DNA of 63,997 bases, filler included, from Diploschistes diacapsis (lineage: Eukaryota): NCBI GenBank assembly GCA_023645945.1. It is 8 parts of 8 records of this genome, joined end to end, with 100 filler letters (N's around TTAATTAATTAA, not from the genome) between each part and the next. Parts side by side here need not be neighbours in the genome. Positions count along the whole stretch, not along the records: positions 56,493 to 63,997 come from JALAIB010001277.1; 7 more parts are not named here. One strand, 5' to 3'. Under the pieces are notes generated by a model that saw only the letters and a program-made list of their open reading frames with translations, was not told the origin of the DNA and did no database searches. Shown one piece after another: positions 60,301 through 63,997 of the stretch (the stretch's first letter is position 1; the number at the start of each line of letters is the position of its first letter). A program made the translations under genes and the position numbers.

Positions 60301-63300
60301 GATCCAAAATCGTGAAATTGTATTGGATACGGAACGTGAGCACGCTGCAGCTCTAGGTATTACTGTGCCAGCTCCTGGAGGCTTGACTGGTGGTCTCTTT
60401 TCGCGCGACTTTGAAAAGGAGGCGCTGTACCAAGCGGATCAGGAAATGTCGAGTAAAGCGGAGCAGCGTCTTCGGAGCATGATTCGATCGGCACGAAAGG
60501 TACCCACGAAGGCTGGGTTCCCCAAATATGTTCCTGCGACGTCCTTCAAGCATGCTGGCCCAATGTTCGATGTGACTTGGATGTCCTTCCTATCTGGCTT
60601 CTCGAGTCAGATGCAACAATCGCAGAATATAGAAGTTCTCAAAACGTGTATGGAAGGAATCAAACTCGCTATCAAGCTCAGCTGCCTCTTCGACCTTGAA
60701 ACACCTAGGGTTGCGTTTGTAACCTATTTGGCAAATTTGACAAATCTCAGCAACCCGCGGGAGATTATGGCCAAAAACCTCGAAGCGCTTAGAGCCCTGC
60801 TGGACGTTGCTCTTACAGAAGGCAACATGCTAAAGAATTCCTGGGTGGAAATACTCACCTGCGTTAGTCAGCTTGATCGGCTGCAGCTGATCACTGGGGG
60901 TGTTGACGAAGACGTTGTGCCAGATGTGCGCAAAGGCAGCGTCGTTGATGGACTCAAGAATCCTCCTGCTCCTATGCGAAGGTCTATGACTACTGGTAGA
61001 AAGGCTCGTGCACAAGCCGCGGCGGCCCACAACAATTACCAGGCTGAGATTGTGCAGGAAGCTACATCTACAGATATGATAAGGACTATCGACAAAATCT
61101 TTACTGGTTCTGCGAAGCTCAACGGTGACGCGATAGTTCATTTCGTTCGAGCGTTGAGCGAGGTCAGCTCGTCTGAAATCCAATCGTCTGGACATAATGA
61201 TTCTCCTCGGATGTATAGCCTCCAGAAAGTGGTGGAAATAAGCTACTGGAACATGACTCGAGTTCGATTTGAGTGGACAACCATCTGGCAAGTGCTCGGG
61301 GAGCACTTCAACGAGGTTGGATGCCACAACAACACCAATATAGTCTTCTTCGCCCTTGATTCTCTACGGCAACTCTCCATGCGCTTCATGGAAATTGAAG
61401 AGCTACCAGGATTTAAATTTCAAAAAGACTTCCTGAAACCCTTTGAGCATGTGATTGCAAACAGCAGTGTTGTTACGGTGAAGGACATGGTTTTACGCTG
61501 CCTTATACAGATGATTCAGACACGAGCCGCAAATATTAGGTCGGGTTGGAAGACCATGTTTGGAGTTTTCACAGTGGCTGCCCGTGAACCTTACGGTGAG
61601 CCCAAAGTGTGCGCCCTGAGAACCTTGTTGCTAATGAATCAAAGAATCTCTAGTAAACCTCTCATTCGACCAAGTAACACACATCTATAACACTAGATTC
61701 GGAGTTGTCATAGGACAAGGAGCGTTTGCCGATCTTGTTGTATGCCTGACGGAATTCTCCAAGAATCTTAAGTTTCAGAAGAAGTCTCTCCAAGCGATCG
61801 AGACTCTGAAATCTACAGTTCCAAAAATGCTCAAGACTCCCGAATGCCCTCTCTATCAACGACTAGACGCCGTTCACCCTTCCCAACACCAGGAACCCGT
61901 CATGCCCCTCACTCCGGCGGCAAACCGGCAAACGCAGGAAGAGCAGTTCTGGTTCCCCGTTCTTTTCGCCTTTCACGATGTTCTCATGACGGGCGAAGAT
62001 CTGGAAGTCCGCTCTCAAGCCCTTAACTATCTTTTCGACACCTTGATCAAATATGGAGGAGACTTTCCGCCGCAATTCTGGGACATTCTCTGGCGCCAAC
62101 TTCTTTACCCGATATTCATGGTATTGCGGTCGAGGTCGGAAATGTCCAAAGTTTTGAACCATGAAGATCTTTCTGTGTGGCTCTCGACGACAATGATCCA
62201 AGCCCTGAGGAACATGATGGCACTTTTCACACACTACTTTGATTCTCTCGAATACATGCTGGACCGCTTCCTCGACCTACTAGCTTTGTGCATCTGTCAA
62301 GAGAACGACACGATAGCTCGGATAGGCAGCAACTGTCTCCAGACATTGATCTTACAAAATGTTTCAAAATTCCAGCTCGAGCATTGGCATCAGATTGTCA
62401 CAGCATTTGTCAATCTATTCGAGCGCACAACGGCACATCAGCTTTTCACAGCAACGAACCCGAACTGGCAAGCAAGTGTGTCCGAGGATGAGGGCTTTCG
62501 AAGGCCCTCGCAAACCGAGGTCGAGAACACACTCACTACAGGCGATCGGCCTAAGAGCGCACAATCGAACAGCAGCGTGAAGCCTAATGGCGTCAACCGA
62601 GAAGTCGTTGAGGACGACGAAGAGCAAGAACAAGCCCAAATCACTGCCTCTCCCACCACTACCACGCCAGCGGATCCGGAAGCGGAGGCTTCTCAGACTC
62701 TGCAGATCCCAAACCATACTGGTCCGATGCCCCAACAAGCAGTTGTCACACCAGCTCGACGCCGTTTCTTCAACAAAATCATCACACGCTGTGTCCTTCA
62801 GCTTCTAATGATCGAAACAGTAAACGAGCTTTTTTCCAATAATGAGGTCTATACACAGATTCCCAGTCCGGAACTCTTACGTCTGATGGCACTTCTTAAG
62901 AAGAGCTACGTCTTCGCCAAGCGCTTCAACAACGACACCGAGCTTCGTCGGCGCCTCTTCCAGCAAGGATTTATGAAGCAGCCACCGAACCTTCTCAAGC
63001 AAGAAAGCGGCAGCGCAGCAACATACGTCAGCATCTTAGTGCGGATGTACTTCGACGACACCGACGAGCGGCGGCGAAACAGGGCCGAGACCGAAGCCGC
63101 GCTTATCCCGTAAGTTCCCCACCCCCCTTTCGATTTACTCCACAACCTCCCTACCTACAACTCCCCTCCACGGACTAACATCCATCCAGGCTCTGCGTAG
63201 AAATCATCCGCTCCTACACCCAACTCGACGACGAATCGCAGCACCGCAACATCGTAGCCTGGCGTCCCGTCGTCGTCGACGTCATCGAGGGCTACTCCAA

Positions 63301-63532
63301 CTTCCCGCTCCAGGACTTTGAACGCCACGTCGAGACTTTCTACCCCCTGGTCATCGAACTGCTGGGCAGAGATCTGGGCTCCGAGATTCGGCTCGCGCTG
63401 CATATGTTCTTGAGGAGGGTCGGCGAGGTGAGAATGGGCATGACCCCAGCCATACCGACGCCCAGCCAGACGCCGACGAGCCCGAGGAGTGCGAGTAGTG
63501 CGTTTTTTGGTAGGAGCACCAGTTGGCGGTAG
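57377..63532 (+). CDS. SEC7: Large ARF guanine-nucleotide exchange factor Sec7, 3 exons
   Basis: YLNYDCD (HUS box); FRLPGEAQKIDRFMLKFAERY; YVLAYSAVMLNTDQH; NIRSGWKTMF. Introns 61596-61644 and 63110-63189; last exon QHRNIVAWRPVVVDV; TAG at 63530-63532. Start taken at the second Met because the first ATG lies in a transposon end. Confidence 0.96.
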
Positions 63533-63997
63533 GAAAGGGGCTGACTAAGGAACAAGGAGGAGGGGGCGAAGGAAGTGGGGCATGAGTTGTGTAGGACTAG
63601 GATGGGGACCCGACCTTGTGCTTGGAGTTCTGTTTGATATCCTCATGGGAAGATGGGGATCTGGATGTGAATGTGCATGGCGACGGCGTTCACGTGGCGT
63701 TGACTGGGTACGCCTCAGGCCAGCGGATTTTGAAACGCGAGCCACCACGATGTACAGGGTATTGATACGGGGCGTCGCAGCGGACGTCTTTCTACCGAGC
63801 GCCGTATTTATCTAGAATATAGACCGCATTAATGACCCCTACTGCCTACCTGCCTGCCTACCTACCTATCTGAGGACAGTTCCACACCGCATCAAGCTAT
63901 GCAAGTCCCAGGCCATTTTCCACAGCCTACTCACAAAGGTCTCTCGCTGCAAACACATCCCAAAACGACAACCAACCACGTTGTCACTCACTCACCC

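Overview
This is eukaryotic DNA from a filamentous ascomycete (Pezizomycotina-type genes, short GT-AG introns, RIP-like AT-rich repeats). It is not one locus. Eight contigs of about 8 kb, in decreasing length order, are joined by seven artificial 100-bp spacers (N44-TTAATTAATTAA-N44), so gene neighbourhoods are meaningful only within a contig. About 20 mostly housekeeping genes are recognisable: a Rua1-like regulator, a CPA1 cation/H+ antiporter, Cox14-domain, DUF2458, TMEM135-like and TACC-domain proteins, HRD1, two MFS transporters, SMC5, FUM1, ADE1, Ppc89-like, COX10 (truncated), MTR3, an A1 aspartic protease, OMA1, URA7, EFM6, SEC7, and a frameshifted F-box gene. Several small TIR transposon/MITE families and RIP-degraded relics are also present. 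The most notable observations are: (1) a roughly 250-nt highly structured, strand-specific RNA candidate inside an unusually long SMC5 intron, with loose RNase P/MRP-like motifs; (2) many AAG 3' splice sites (8 of about 47 introns I could resolve); (3) RIP-like decay that spares CpG; (4) nested MITE families; (5) local C-rich to G-rich skew inversions that override codon usage. Exon boundaries and family assignments come from manual reading and recalled motifs; no searches were run.
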